From a virus (taxonomy: Duplodnaviria > Caudoviricetes), in IMG/VR virus record IMGVR_UViG_3300033463_000081, positions 14,375-78,374 of that record: a stretch of DNA of 64,000 bases; one strand, 5' to 3'. Within the stretch, counting starts at the first letter, position 1. Each line of letters starts with the position of its first letter. The notes beneath the pieces were generated by a model that saw nothing but the letters and a program-made list of their open reading frames with translations, did no database searches and was not told where the DNA came from. Below, one piece after another: positions 48,096-57,873 of this stretch. Both the position numbers and the translations under genes were made by a program.

Positions 48096-48352
48096 TATAT
48101 AATCCCCTTTCTCATAAATGTTTCGAGGGACATCTCCCTCGGTTTTTTACAGCGTTTCCAAAAGAAATGACCGTAGGTATCCTCGTCATACCCACGGGCG
48201 TTTTTCTCAAGCAGATATTTGTCGATGGTCTTCTTGTCCTCTTCTGTGTGGAGCGTTACACGGTGCAACGGTGTAGCTCCAAGAGGATTGAACATCTGGT
48301 TGTTCGTTTCCACCACGATGCAGATGCACTCGGCGGATTTCTTCCTACTCAT
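48095..48352 (-). CDS. Hypothetical protein
   Basis: GAGGAG RBS before ATG 48352. Confidence 0.5.
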   Translation of the reverse strand: MSRKKSAECICIVVETNNQMFNPLGATPLHRVTLHTEEDKKTIDKYLLEKNARGYDEDTYGHFFWKRCKKPREMSLETFMRKGII

Positions 48353-48605
48353 TGCAGTACTCCTCGCGGTAGAAACGGATGTACTCCTCAATGTTCGCCT
48401 CAACCAGTTCGATGAATCCCTCCAGGGTATTGGTTTCCGTAGGAACTCCGAACATGTAGTCCTTGATGCCGTAGCCCTTTCGCTGAAGATACGCATCGAA
48501 AGACTCATTCCCATCGAAATCAGTTTCTTTGCAGATCTCGATGATGTAGTTGCCGAAGCGATACGTTTCAAGCAGACTGTTCTGCGCCTTTGTGAATCGT
48601 TTCAC
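48345..48605 (-). CDS. Hypothetical protein
   Basis: GAAAGGAG RBS before GTG 48605. Confidence 0.5.
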   Translation of the reverse strand: MKRFTKAQNSLLETYRFGNYIIEICKETDFDGNESFDAYLQRKGYGIKDYMFGVPTETNTLEGFIELVEANIEEYIRFYREEYCNE

Positions 48606-48722
48606 AGCAATTCTCCTTTCCTTTTTCTTTCGGCTCAAAGTCGGCGTAGCAGAAGCCCCAGATGAAGCCGATGTCTTTTTTGCAGGTCTCCTCTTTCCTG
48701 CAGTCCTTGCAGTAGCCCTCCA

Positions 48723-48905
48723 TTAGGATTTCCCCCTTCCGCACAGTTTCAGATTAAGGTCTCCCAGTTTTTCGACATATCTGTCCAACTCTTCTACGAT
48801 GTCATTGTCATAGATGAGGTCAGCCGCTTTCTGTGCATTCTCTGCCAACACGTTCAGCCCACACAAGAGCGTGTTGATTTCTTCCTGAGTCAGTTCGATT
48901 TTCAT
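48723..48905 (-). CDS. Hypothetical protein
   Basis: AAGGAGGAATCTGC-ATG leader. Confidence 0.55.
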   Translation of the reverse strand: MKIELTQEEINTLLCGLNVLAENAQKAADLIYDNDIVEELDRYVEKLGDLNLKLCGRGKS

Positions 48906-49555
48906 GCAGATTCCTCCTTTCCAAGGTATACAGCGTGTTGATTTCCCTTTACATAGAGATTGATAACGCTACGACCGTCCTCACGCCGATGACGCCACAC
49001 ATCTCCGATGTCCTCAAGGTGTGCGGTCTTGCACCTGGGCAGACGGCGCACGAGCGGAAGGAGCTTTCTCTTTGCGGAATCCCGGTACTCATAGAACTCA
49101 CCGAACGGACGTAAGATGCGCTTGGCTTCCCGGCGCTTGGCGTGAATTCTCTCGGCGTTTATCACCGCATCGAAATCCGGGGTATACCACGCATCCCGCA
49201 CGGTTTCATGGTTGGATCGGTTTGGCATCCTATAGAAATTATCCTCTCGGATGATTTCTCCCTCATAGTTCCACAGCCCCCAAACCAGCCTGGAGTGCAA
49301 CTCCTTTACCTCATGACGGTGAATGCTGAAACGGATACCGTCAATGTAGAGGTAAACGTTTGGGTCAGGGTCATCATAATGCTCGTGAGTTTCCTCAAGA
49401 AGAAAACGGTAGATGTCCTTGCCGTCCGTGAGGTCAACCTTGCAGATTTCGTAGGAAGACATGCCAGTCATGGTTTGGGCATTCACGATGAACCCCTTGT
49501 CCATGTACTCTCTCAGAGTATTCGTGAACAGTTCGTTGATGTCTTTTTTTCTCAT
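48902..49555 (-). CDS. Hypothetical protein
   Basis: 217 aa, coupled. Confidence 0.6.
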   Translation of the reverse strand: MRKKDINELFTNTLREYMDKGFIVNAQTMTGMSSYEICKVDLTDGKDIYRFLLEETHEHYDDPDPNVYLYIDGIRFSIHRHEVKELHSRLVWGLWNYEGEIIREDNFYRMPNRSNHETVRDAWYTPDFDAVINAERIHAKRREAKRILRPFGEFYEYRDSAKRKLLPLVRRLPRCKTAHLEDIGDVWRHRREDGRSVINLYVKGNQHAVYLGKEESA

Positions 49556-49749
49556 GCGTTCTCACCCTCCTTAATAAACGCAACAGCTTTCTCACGACTG
49601 TCGAACCAGTCGCACCAAATGTCAGCCCTCCGTGTGGATGTCATCGTTGACTCGGGGCACTCATCGGCGTCCCTATGTTCTGTGATTACGCCGTGGCAAC
49701 TTCCATCATCCTTGACCGTGGTCATCACGCACCAGTATGTCTGCGCCAT
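49552..49749 (-). CDS. Hypothetical protein
   Basis: First gene after motif copy 2; AAAGGGGGG RBS. Confidence 0.55.
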   Translation of the reverse strand: MAQTYWCVMTTVKDDGSCHGVITEHRDADECPESTMTSTRRADIWCDWFDSREKAVAFIKEGENA

Positions 49750-49766
49750 CGTTTCCCCCCTTTCGC

Positions 49767-49798
49767 TATAGTAGTGAATCAGAAGTGCAAAATATTAC
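49767..49798 (-). promoter_or_regulatory. Phage early motif copy 2 (GTAATATTT variant)
   Basis: GTAATATTT-TGCACTTCTG-ATTCACTACTATA. Confidence 0.7.
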
Positions 49799-49850
49799 TG
49801 TACACTTTGCACAAATTTCTGTGGATTTTATTGGTGAATAGGATTGGATA

Positions 49851-50111
49851 TTATTCATCGTCCAACTCACCATATTTCTCATCGCAGAGTTTCGCCAACT
49901 GCATCCACGCCATCCGCATGATGTGGGTGAAACAGCCGTCACCCAGGTTTCCGTAGACACATCCATGACATGAGCCGTTCGTGCATCTCTGCATGGACTG
50001 GATCAGGTGCATGTAGTCTTCCGATTCTTCCTTGTCGGTCTGCCCGGCAGGGAAATACTCCGTGGAAACGATGACGGAGTTCCCTTCGATTTTCGTTGTG
50101 ATTCTCGCCAT
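49851..50111 (-). CDS. Hypothetical protein
   Basis: GAAAGGAG RBS. Confidence 0.55.
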   Translation of the reverse strand: MARITTKIEGNSVIVSTEYFPAGQTDKEESEDYMHLIQSMQRCTNGSCHGCVYGNLGDGCFTHIMRMAWMQLAKLCDEKYGELDDE

Positions 50112-50126
50112 GATTTTACTCCTTTC

Positions 50127-50372
50127 TCAGTAGACCCACAGATAACTGCGTGTATCGCAATCCCAGTAACGGTCTTCCGCTTTCCATGTATTGTTCCAGG
50201 CGGATGCAGTTTCCACGGCTTCTTTCTTTGAGCCGAGGATCAGTACACTCTCAAGATTTGCGATGGCGGACAGAACATCCCACGCATTATCGTGTCCGTT
50301 TCGGATGCCAATCGCATAGGCGCAGCGCTTTCCGTCACGTTCCACCGTCACGGCCATGTAGGTCTTCTTCAT
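50127..50372 (-). CDS. Hypothetical protein
   Basis: GAAAGGAGAATCTGC-ATG leader. Confidence 0.55.
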   Translation of the reverse strand: MKKTYMAVTVERDGKRCAYAIGIRNGHDNAWDVLSAIANLESVLILGSKKEAVETASAWNNTWKAEDRYWDCDTRSYLWVY

Positions 50373-50385
50373 GCAGATTCTCCTT

Positions 50386-50751
50386 TCAATCTTTGTCCAG
50401 TTCTTCCTCATTCAGAGTCAGCCAACAGGATTCGTCCTCAATCAGAGGACGGATGCTGTTGTAGGTATACTGTGCAATGAAGCGATTGATACTTCTCAGA
50501 TATCGCCAAGATGCCGTAGGGATGCACTCTACCATCTTGCGGTAGCTTTCCAAATCTTCTGGGTAATACTCGGAGAGAAAGTCTTCTGTGCTGTCATCCG
50601 TGTCGGCAAAGACATGGTACATGTGGTCATCGTCTTCCCACACGGTAAACTCAACTTCAGGCCCAGAGTTGCTGTGCAGCTTGATGGTGATTTCGTCCAG
50701 TGCATCTCCGTTATAAAGCCCTACCACGTTTTTGTCGGTCTTGTTAGCCAT
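50386..50751 (-). CDS. Hypothetical acidic protein
   Basis: GAAAGGAG RBS. Confidence 0.55.
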   Translation of the reverse strand: MANKTDKNVVGLYNGDALDEITIKLHSNSGPEVEFTVWEDDDHMYHVFADTDDSTEDFLSEYYPEDLESYRKMVECIPTASWRYLRSINRFIAQYTYNSIRPLIEDESCWLTLNEEELDKD

Positions 50752-50753
50752 GA

Positions 50754-51278
50754 TTATTCTCCTTTCATCAGTTCCCAGGGCTTGTAGTCCTCGGTAATCT
50801 CACGCCAACCAAGCTGTTCTTCTTCCTCGTAGGATAGGCGATCTGCCACCACATATTCATCGGTATCCGGGTCATACTTATATATTTCTACACCGCAGTT
50901 CCAAATCATGTAGTTCCAGTCATCAATCTGCTCTTCGGTAGGAACTCCGTCTGCCCATTTGGAGATTTCCTCCATCTGCCACTCAATAAGAGTATCCTCT
51001 GCCTGACATTTCGCCGCCTCCAGGCTTTCGCAGTCGATGCTGTCGCAGCAGTTGTCCGTATCCCACACCATGCGGAACGGAGCCTTGTGAATCTGCTTGG
51101 GTCTGCTGATGGCAAGGATGGCGTTGGCCACGTCGATGTATGGGAAATCCATGCCGTCAGGATAACCCTCCTTTAAGTCCTCAAGGACGTGCTTGCTGTC
51201 CTCACCACCGTAGGTGTAGCAGTCACACCCGTGGTCTGACAGAATCTTCAGAGCGTAGCTTTCAACTGTCATCAGCAT
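50754..51278 (-). CDS. Hypothetical acidic protein
   Basis: GAAAGGGG RBS. Confidence 0.55.
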   Translation of the reverse strand: MLMTVESYALKILSDHGCDCYTYGGEDSKHVLEDLKEGYPDGMDFPYIDVANAILAISRPKQIHKAPFRMVWDTDNCCDSIDCESLEAAKCQAEDTLIEWQMEEISKWADGVPTEEQIDDWNYMIWNCGVEIYKYDPDTDEYVVADRLSYEEEEQLGWREITEDYKPWELMKGE

Positions 51279-51287
51279 TTCCCCCTT

Positions 51288-51587
51288 TCAGCCACACTCA
51301 TATTCGGAGTGCGTGATCTTGTTGAAATTCTCTCGGACATTAACATCAAGTTCGCCGACAAATTCATTGACCTCGTTATCCCAAACGTGGATGACGTCAG
51401 GGAAAAATTCGCTATTGTCCTGAACAACGCCACCCTGGTAATTGCTGTACTTGCGCTTGAGTTCCATGAACGCGTCGAAATCTTTCGCCTCGATGGCAGC
51501 GGCCACCTTCTTGGCATCTCCGTTGTAGCGGAGAACCAAGTGGTCATACCAGTAGTAGATGTACTCAAACCGTTCTTCGGTCTTCAT
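51288..51587 (-). CDS. Hypothetical protein
   Basis: AAAGGAG RBS; first gene after motif copy 3. Confidence 0.55.
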   Translation of the reverse strand: MKTEERFEYIYYWYDHLVLRYNGDAKKVAAAIEAKDFDAFMELKRKYSNYQGGVVQDNSEFFPDVIHVWDNEVNEFVGELDVNVRENFNKITHSEYECG

Positions 51588-51606
51588 GTGTATCACTCCT
51601 TTCGTA

Positions 51607-51637
51607 TTAATAGTGAATAAGTAGGCAGAAATATTAC
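51607..51637 (-). promoter_or_regulatory. Phage early motif copy 3 (GTAATATTT variant)
   Basis: GTAATATTT-CTGCCTACTT-ATTCACTATTAA; adjacent GGCAGAGTAA/TTACTCTGCC hairpin. Confidence 0.7.
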
Positions 51638-51669
51638 CGGGCAGAGTAACCAAAAATTACTCTGCCTTT

Positions 51670-51933
51670 TTATGCAATTGTTACAACTACGTCATCCAGT
51701 ATGGAGCCAGGCGTCAGCTTGTTCCACATCAGCATAGCTATGTGTTCGCCGCATGTGAAATCTTCTACGCCGCCGTAGAGCCACACCAACCCGGCATCGT
51801 CCTCGATGATGTAGAGGTCATTGTCATACTCCACGCCGACTATCGTAGCGGAGCGGATATAAAAAGTGGCCGCGCACATCAGCATGAACGCAGCCACAAA
51901 AAATATCAGAGCAATTGTCTTGCAGATTTTCAT
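51670..51933 (-). CDS. Secreted/membrane hypothetical protein
   Basis: N-terminal signal or TM segment. Confidence 0.55.
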   Translation of the reverse strand: MKICKTIALIFFVAAFMLMCAATFYIRSATIVGVEYDNDLYIIEDDAGLVWLYGGVEDFTCGEHIAMLMWNKLTPGSILDDVVVTIA

Positions 51934-52205
51934 GCGGATTCATCCCTCCGTTTCCACTCGCGCATCTTCTGACGGTCGCGCAGCATCTCCGCAATGCCGG
52001 TTGCTTTTTTGAGGATTTCCTTGTCAGCACCACGGACTTCCCAACGGATCATTTCCAATGCGCTGACTACCAACTGGTAGGACGCAGCCGGGATTTCCAA
52101 CAGACCGTCCTCAGTATCAAAGTCAGTTCCATTGAACAGCACGGAGAACACATCGTCAGCCACCTCACGGTCATACGGCTTGAGCGTTACGGTTTTCTCT
52201 TTCAT
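51930..52205 (-). CDS. Hypothetical protein
   Basis: GAAAGGAG RBS. Confidence 0.55.
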   Translation of the reverse strand: MKEKTVTLKPYDREVADDVFSVLFNGTDFDTEDGLLEIPAASYQLVVSALEMIRWEVRGADKEILKKATGIAEMLRDRQKMREWKRRDESA

Positions 52206-52391
52206 CTGAATCTCCTTTCAGTTTTTGTACCCCTCAATGTAAAGGGGAGAGTCTTCGTCTGGGCAATTGAAGTCTAGGTCTTCGTAGATTTTTCCGTCCG
52301 TGCATAAGGCAACATCCATGTCACCGTTCACGGCCGCCACATCGTTGAGGATGCATATCAAATCGCTGATTCTCATGGGCAACTCCTTTCT

Positions 52392-52709
52392 TTATTCGTA
52401 CCCAACCATGCATGTGATGAAATCAAACTCATCATCCGTGAAGAGATTGTGCAGTTTTTCTGAGCACTGCTTTTCAATCTCCCACCATTTTTCTGCCTGT
52501 TCACGGTTGCTATACTCGCCAACCACATCCTCAAATTCGTTGTCCTCATAGTGCTTGGCACAATCAATGATACTGGTGACGATGTCGAGCGCACCCCTAA
52601 ACGGAGCATAGTTGTAGAAGATGAAGCTTTCTGCTCTGTCACCAAAGACGATGGTGCAGATTCCAGTTGATTCTTTGGTATCAAGACCATCCCAGTCAAT
52701 GTGAAACAT
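52392..52709 (-). CDS. Hypothetical protein
   Basis: GAAAGGAG RBS before ATG 52709. Confidence 0.55.
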   Translation of the reverse strand: MFHIDWDGLDTKESTGICTIVFGDRAESFIFYNYAPFRGALDIVTSIIDCAKHYEDNEFEDVVGEYSNREQAEKWWEIEKQCSEKLHNLFTDDEFDFITCMVGYE

Positions 52710-52725
52710 TTGTGCAGTTCTCCTT

Positions 52726-53022
52726 TCAATCCCAATCGACATACCAGTACCCGGTATGGTCATCGACCTCTCCGCTGCGCTCGTCCTCTTTGGGATCATA
52801 GTACCCAGTATGTGAGATGGGGTAGCCAATCATAGCGTCAATGAAATCGGCAATGACGTCAGCCTGGTGTTCAGTAGGGCAGAGAATCTCCGACCCATCC
52901 GACCAGATCCCATGATAACGCTGATGACCACGGTAATCGTACTGCACACCATACGGCATCTTCTCGAAGATTTTGCTGAGAGTGTGCGGAATCCACAGTT
53001 CCTCTTCCCAAGGATTGCTCAT
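52726..53022 (-). CDS. Hypothetical protein
   Basis: GAAAGGAG RBS. Confidence 0.55.
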   Translation of the reverse strand: MSNPWEEELWIPHTLSKIFEKMPYGVQYDYRGHQRYHGIWSDGSEILCPTEHQADVIADFIDAMIGYPISHTGYYDPKEDERSGEVDDHTGYWYVDWD

Positions 53023-53038
53023 GCGGAAATCTCCTTTC

Positions 53039-53284
53039 TTAGTCGATATACTGTTTAATCTGCGTCACGATTTCACAGCTTTTGTCATCCGCTATACCAA
53101 TGGCATCAGCCAAGTCGGAAAGCATATCCTCTGCGTTCTCCGGCCAGTTCGTATACGCATCACCATAGCAATATGCGTGGCTGAGTTTCTCCCTAAGTTC
53201 CTGCGTTTCCTTGAGCATCGTGGTAAGGGAGAACTCGCAACGCTCCAGCTGATAGGACAGTTCCTCATAGGTTTTGTCAGACAT
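53039..53284 (-). CDS. Hypothetical coiled-coil protein
   Basis: AAAGGAG RBS before ATG 53284. Confidence 0.5.
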   Translation of the reverse strand: MSDKTYEELSYQLERCEFSLTTMLKETQELREKLSHAYCYGDAYTNWPENAEDMLSDLADAIGIADDKSCEIVTQIKQYID

Positions 53285-53313
53285 TCGCAACACTCCTTTC
53301 ATGGAAAACTTTT

Positions 53314-53526
53314 TCAGTTTTCGATAAAGACCAGGAGACAAGGCTCATCATCTTTCATGGTGACAGAAAATGCCCCCACGTCCAAGTCTACGAACCTCTT
53401 CCCATACACAACAGTATCGAAAATTTCCTTTTCATTCGTGTATCCGTAGAATGCCGTTCCCTCTGCGCTGTAGATTTCTACTGGAACATCCACATCATAA
53501 TAGCCCAGAAAGTCTTCCAGTTTCAT
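53314..53526 (-). CDS. Hypothetical protein
   Basis: MKLEDFL...; GAAAGGAG RBS. Confidence 0.55.
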   Translation of the reverse strand: MKLEDFLGYYDVDVPVEIYSAEGTAFYGYTNEKEIFDTVVYGKRFVDLDVGAFSVTMKDDEPCLLVFIEN

Positions 53527-53542
53527 GCGCAGTTCTCCTTTC

Positions 53543-53734
53543 TCAGTCGATGTTGAGGGTCATGCGGTCTGCCTTGGAGGGGATGTCGAACGAGCCGAGT
53601 TCCGCATACTCATACTCTTCGGGAATTTCATCTCCGTACCCAACCCACACGGTTTCACCCTTGTCGATGCTGAAGAGTTCCACCGTGAGCATTCCCTTGT
53701 CGATGCACCAGTCAAGAAAATCGTAGACAGTCAT
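53543..53734 (-). CDS. Hypothetical protein
   Basis: MTVYDFL...; GAAAGGAGAAATCTGC-ATG leader. Confidence 0.55.
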   Translation of the reverse strand: MTVYDFLDWCIDKGMLTVELFSIDKGETVWVGYGDEIPEEYEYAELGSFDIPSKADRMTLNID

Positions 53735-53752
53735 GCAGATTTCTCCTTTCTT

Positions 53753-54109
53753 TTAGTCAAGGTAGGGGAAGAAATCCCAATCTCCGAACACGGCAACCTT
53801 GGGGTATCCGTAGCGGTTGGGGGATTCCTGCCACCTCTGTTTCTTCTCCGACCAACGGAACGTCATGCGCTCACCGTCGGGGTCATCCTCGATGTAGTCC
53901 GGCATGGTATCGTAGTACCTCACGCCAAGGAATACTGGTCTTGCAGCTCTCGCCACCATGACGTTGCCCTTGACGGACTCGACCGTGTAGGGATCACGCA
54001 CGGCATTGACATAGTAGGAATTGCAAGGGGTGTAGGTGTACATCTTTTCACCTACGGTAGGAATGTGTTTCATTCTCATGCTCCTTTCTGTGGCTCTTGC
54101 CACTCGCAA
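53753..54109 (-). CDS. Hypothetical protein
   Basis: GAAAGGAG RBS (start likely ATG 54079); follows motif copy 4. Confidence 0.55.
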   Translation of the reverse strand: MRVARATERSMRMKHIPTVGEKMYTYTPCNSYYVNAVRDPYTVESVKGNVMVARAARPVFLGVRYYDTMPDYIEDDPDGERMTFRWSEKKQRWQESPNRYGYPKVAVFGDWDFFPYLD

Positions 54110-54110
54110 C

Positions 54111-54140
54111 TATTAATGAATGAGATGGTCAAAAAATTAC
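54111..54140 (-). promoter_or_regulatory. Phage early motif copy 4 (degenerate GTAAT variant)
   Basis: GTAATTTTT-TGACCATCTC-ATTCATTAATA. Confidence 0.6.
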
Positions 54141-54168
54141 CATCATTTTGAAAAAAGTTTTACGGATT

Positions 54169-54543
54169 TCAGTATCCGTAGTGGACCAGGCGGATGTCCT
54201 CGTCAGCCCAGTCTTTCGGCTTGAACGAGGTCAGCAACCCACGCAAGACCTTTGCTCTTCTGTAGGTCTTCAGTTCAGCATTGGTCTTGAGGAACTCGAT
54301 GACCGCATCTATGGGGATCTGGGTAAGCGCAGCCCCATACTTGTCTTCCGTTGTGGGGCCGTCTTCCTCATCGATGTAGACATCAAAGTCGATGGGCGTA
54401 CCGTTCTTCTTGACAAAGTCATAGAACTCATGCCCCATGACAGCGCAGTTCACCTCTGCCACAACCTCGGCGTAAGGTCTTTTACGCCAATAGGCATTGG
54501 CATTCAGTACGTTCACCACTACCAATTTGCTTTCGTATCCCAT
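54169..54543 (-). CDS. Hypothetical protein
   Basis: GAAAGGAG RBS before ATG 54543. Confidence 0.55.
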   Translation of the reverse strand: MGYESKLVVVNVLNANAYWRKRPYAEVVAEVNCAVMGHEFYDFVKKNGTPIDFDVYIDEEDGPTTEDKYGAALTQIPIDAVIEFLKTNAELKTYRRAKVLRGLLTSFKPKDWADEDIRLVHYGY

Positions 54544-54566
54544 GTTGTTCTCCTTTCTGTGGAGCG

Positions 54567-55205
54567 TCAGCCCCATTGTTCAGCCATCGCAAGAGCCACA
54601 CCGTGGAACGTCTTGCTCCGACTTCTGCTGTTCCTCTTGCTACCGCCGGGATGCTTGTGCGTGGGCATCCAAGGGTAATGCTCTTCTACCACCTTGGTAG
54701 GTTTGAGAGTCGGCAGACCCTTAATCCAAAAGCAAGTGCGCTTGCTCCAAGGTTCACCGAACTCATACGGCTGAATGGCTTGCGTGTACTGCGGAAGACC
54801 GTAGATGCTGTTGGGCGTAGGATTCTCCACTACGATTCTGTCGCACTTGGCATTGAGGAACTGCATGAAAAAAGCCTTGGCTTTTACACCAAGGCTGTAC
54901 CGTTCTTCATTGATGCCCCCACCCTTGCCGTTGGGATAAAGCCAACGGTTACCGCAGTTCGTGAGATAGGTGCAAGGGGGATGCGCAATCAGCATATCCC
55001 ATTGACCCACGATTTTGTGGGTCTTGCCATCCTCTGTGGTGAACTCGGCGTCACCGTTGATGATGGGCAACACATCACCGTGGATGTGCCACTCAGGATG
55101 CCCCCCACTACTCTCTTGCAAGTCAGCGGAAAAGGCACGATGCCCTTTCTCTCGCATAGCCTTGCAGATTTCTTGTGACTCCTCGCAAGCAATGAGAATA
55201 TTCAA
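54567..55205 (-). CDS. C5-cytosine DNA methyltransferase-like protein (short phage type)
   Basis: ILIACEES motif I-like, DMLIAHPPC catalytic PC, IVVENP; target-recognition region very short. Confidence 0.65.
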   Translation of the reverse strand: MNILIACEESQEICKAMREKGHRAFSADLQESSGGHPEWHIHGDVLPIINGDAEFTTEDGKTHKIVGQWDMLIAHPPCTYLTNCGNRWLYPNGKGGGINEERYSLGVKAKAFFMQFLNAKCDRIVVENPTPNSIYGLPQYTQAIQPYEFGEPWSKRTCFWIKGLPTLKPTKVVEEHYPWMPTHKHPGGSKRNSRSRSKTFHGVALAMAEQWG

Positions 55206-55240
55206 TTGTTTTGCTCCTTTCTTAAAGCAATGGCCAGGGA

Positions 55241-55462
55241 TTAGACCCCGGCCAGTTTCTTGATGGCAGCGATGGCGTTGCGGATAGCCGTCAGATGGTT
55301 CTCCGCATATTCCCCCTCATCGTCTACCAGTTCACCAGTTTCATCGTCTGTGTGCATGTGCCACCGTTCCTGAGACTTGAGATTCTCAAGCACATCGGCG
55401 TAGGCGTTCATCATGTCTGCCTTTTTCTTGATGGCAGAGATTGCGGTTTCGGCGTTGGACAT
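55241..55462 (-). CDS. Hypothetical protein
   Basis: GAAAGGGG RBS; first gene after motif copy 5. Confidence 0.55.
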   Translation of the reverse strand: MSNAETAISAIKKKADMMNAYADVLENLKSQERWHMHTDDETGELVDDEGEYAENHLTAIRNAIAAIKKLAGV

Positions 55463-55492
55463 GTTTCATTTCCCCTTTCTTTTGTTGTCCAT

Positions 55493-55524
55493 TTAATAGT
55501 GAATGAGATGACCGAAATATCAGA
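55493..55524 (-). promoter_or_regulatory. Phage early motif copy 5
   Basis: TCTGATATTT-CGGTCATCTC-ATTCACTATTAA. Confidence 0.75.
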
Positions 55525-55541
55525 TTATATAAAAATATTTT

Positions 55542-55769
55542 TCAGTTCTCCGTGTACTCGATAAGACCATAGGCATCAAGGATATCAGACACACCCTCTT
55601 CCAGCTCTGCATAGTCCATGCCATAGATGTTGGACGCATCCGCATCCTCTTCCTTTTCATCGTTATCGATGACGATGCCACGCTTATCAAGGAAATCCTC
55701 AAAGGTTTCGATGATATCCATGCAGATTTTCATGAGTTCGCTCGGATCATTTTTGCTTACCTTAATCAT
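55542..55769 (-). CDS. Hypothetical acidic protein
   Basis: AAAGGGGAG RBS before ATG 55769. Confidence 0.55.
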   Translation of the reverse strand: MIKVSKNDPSELMKICMDIIETFEDFLDKRGIVIDNDEKEEDADASNIYGMDYAELEEGVSDILDAYGLIEYTEN

Positions 55770-55783
55770 GTGGTTCTCCCCTT

Positions 55784-56167
55784 TCAGATATTGAACTCGC
55801 ACCATGACCGACCGTGTCGGATTGCATCCTTGGGCAAAGCATAAGGTTCGCAACGCTCGGCTCCGTTCAGACAGTAGCACCACTTGCCCTTACCATGAAT
55901 ATCGTACTTGCTCCCCACTGGAATCAGAGTGCAACCTCTTAGGAGGTCAAACAGTTGGGCGTTTGCAAACAGCTTGCTATTGATGGTCACATAGCCCACG
56001 ATTGTGGGCATCTTCCCACGCACCGTTTTTATGACAGCAACATGCTCCCCCACACAGTGAGAGAGCATGTCACGGTTGCGTGTTTCAATTGTTTTGTATC
56101 CGCTCACAATAGCGTCAGCATACGGCACTCCGCTTGCCGACAACTGATTGACAAAGATGCCTTTCAT
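55784..56167 (-). CDS. ASCH domain protein
   Basis: GIFVNQ...PYADAIVSGYKTIETR. Confidence 0.8.
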   Translation of the reverse strand: MKGIFVNQLSASGVPYADAIVSGYKTIETRNRDMLSHCVGEHVAVIKTVRGKMPTIVGYVTINSKLFANAQLFDLLRGCTLIPVGSKYDIHGKGKWCYCLNGAERCEPYALPKDAIRHGRSWCEFNI

Positions 56168-56553
56168 ATGGCAGCCCATAAATCCTTTCCACCGCAACGG
56201 ACAAAGGTGTCCTTGGAGATGACATATCTCTTCTTGTTGGACATCTGCTCGATGACGATGCAGTTCTTCCTGGCCTTGGGCTTGATGCCCACCACCTTGT
56301 AGAGGTCACCGTTGAGCATGATTTCCTTTCCGTAGTCATCGGCATACAGACCAAGGTACTTGCTATGCTCTGCCCACCGCTCACGCTCGTTGTCCTCTCC
56401 GGCTCCCACGATATCCACCTTAAAGTGGATTTCGGTATCGTTGTAGGTTGCGTTTCCGAACGTGATTTTGATTCCACGCTCCGCAGCAAACTTGTCCAGT
56501 TCTTTCTCAAGCTCCTCACGCATCAGCTTGACATCATTGCGAGTAAAAGTCAT
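56164..56553 (-). CDS. Hypothetical protein
   Basis: GAAAGGAG RBS; KVVGIKPKARKN motif. Confidence 0.6.
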   Translation of the reverse strand: MTFTRNDVKLMREELEKELDKFAAERGIKITFGNATYNDTEIHFKVDIVGAGEDNERERWAEHSKYLGLYADDYGKEIMLNGDLYKVVGIKPKARKNCIVIEQMSNKKRYVISKDTFVRCGGKDLWAAI

Positions 56554-56876
56554 TTGTATATCTCCTTTCAGCAGTAAGGTTCAGATTCATCGATTGCATC
56601 GTTCCAATCCGCAAAAGCTTTCGCCTCATTTGCAGAAGAGAACTCCCACTTATGACCGACCCTTTCATCGGTTAAGGTAGCCTTGCCATCGGCATCATCT
56701 ACGCAGATGGTATAGTGTTTGTAGCTTACTTTCATATGGCACTCTCCTTTACAGTTCTCTCACCAGTTCTCACGTTGTACACCAACCGCAGACCAGTGAA
56801 TTTGTTTTCCATCTCTATCCGTCCGTCACCAAGGTCACGGAAGAAAGAGAATCCGCAACGGTACAGAACGTCCATA

Positions 56877-57230
56877 TTACAGCACCCCCTCGTCTAGGTT
56901 CTGCCGTACCTTGTCCATGTCGAACTGGTACTCGGGATAGGTCACCCATCCACTCTGAGCAAACCGTCCAGTAGGCTTGGCCAATCCGTTCTGTTTCAAG
57001 AACTTGGTAATCGTGGGATCATTATTGATGTCCACGAACGCACAGTTCTCTCTGTCGGTAAGCGGAGTCATAGGGATGTTCACCGTGATGTCGCACCACG
57101 GTTCCCAGTACTCCATCTCTTTGTCGAATGTCAGCAGACCGATATAAATCCGTCCGTTGTTGGTGTAGCTGTCCAAGCAGAGGACAGCATCATTCTCTTC
57201 ACCGCTCCATTCGTTGATGTGTTTAAGCAT
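56877..57230 (-). CDS. DUF4313-like protein
   Basis: YTNNGRIYIGL...CDITVNI...AFVDINN...SGWVTYPEYQF. Confidence 0.7.
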   Translation of the reverse strand: MLKHINEWSGEENDAVLCLDSYTNNGRIYIGLLTFDKEMEYWEPWCDITVNIPMTPLTDRENCAFVDINNDPTITKFLKQNGLAKPTGRFAQSGWVTYPEYQFDMDKVRQNLDEGVL

Positions 57231-57251
57231 TGTTCATTTCTCCTTTCGGTA

Positions 57252-57282
57252 TATAAGTGAATGAGAGAGCCAAAATATCAGA
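57252..57282 (-). promoter_or_regulatory. Phage early motif copy 6
   Basis: TCTGATATTT-TGGCTCTCTC-ATTCACTTATA. Confidence 0.75.
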
Positions 57283-57323
57283 TTCAAATCGAAAATATTT
57301 TTTGACCTTGTTTGCGCAGCTCT

Positions 57324-57698
57324 TCACCTTGCCCATGAGTCATAAGCATCGACAGTATCCCCACGGACGAGCCACGCATCCGCAAAACTGGACAGCTTGA
57401 ACTGAGGCAACGGTTCTCCAGTTCTGTAGTTCTTCAGACGCTTGACCGCACCCTTTTCATTGTCTTTGATGAAGACGCTGAACGCCTTAGGGGGCAGAAT
57501 CTCGTTCACGATTCTGCACGTCTTGTTAGAGGACAAGAATCCTTGTACCTCTGTCACGATGGGCAGACAGACCTCACGCACACGGACGGATTGCTCCCCC
57601 ACCAGTGCAATGACTTGGAAGAAATCCGTGTTCGTGTCATCGTATCCCCACGATGCCTTGAAGATATCTCCCACCTTTACTCCGTACTTGTTTTCCAT
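57324..57698 (-). CDS. Hypothetical protein (SWGYD motif)
   Basis: VKVGDIFKASWGYDDTNTDFFQVI. Confidence 0.6.
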   Translation of the reverse strand: MENKYGVKVGDIFKASWGYDDTNTDFFQVIALVGEQSVRVREVCLPIVTEVQGFLSSNKTCRIVNEILPPKAFSVFIKDNEKGAVKRLKNYRTGEPLPQFKLSSFADAWLVRGDTVDAYDSWAR

Positions 57699-57873
57699 TG
57701 TTGTACACTCCTTTACAGATTCTCGTGTGTTGGCACACGTTAAAGGGGCAGATAAACTCTGCCCCTTTGGCTCATGTCAACTCACACCACCTTTATATGG
57801 ATTTGCCGGACACTATAGCCGTCTTTTACATCGGCAGACGGATGCCATCATTGTGTAGACCTCTAGAAGATAA

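Noticed and set aside
49834-49856. Additional early motif copy (GTGAAT...)
   Set aside because: The upstream box at the 10-nt spacing does not match ATATTT
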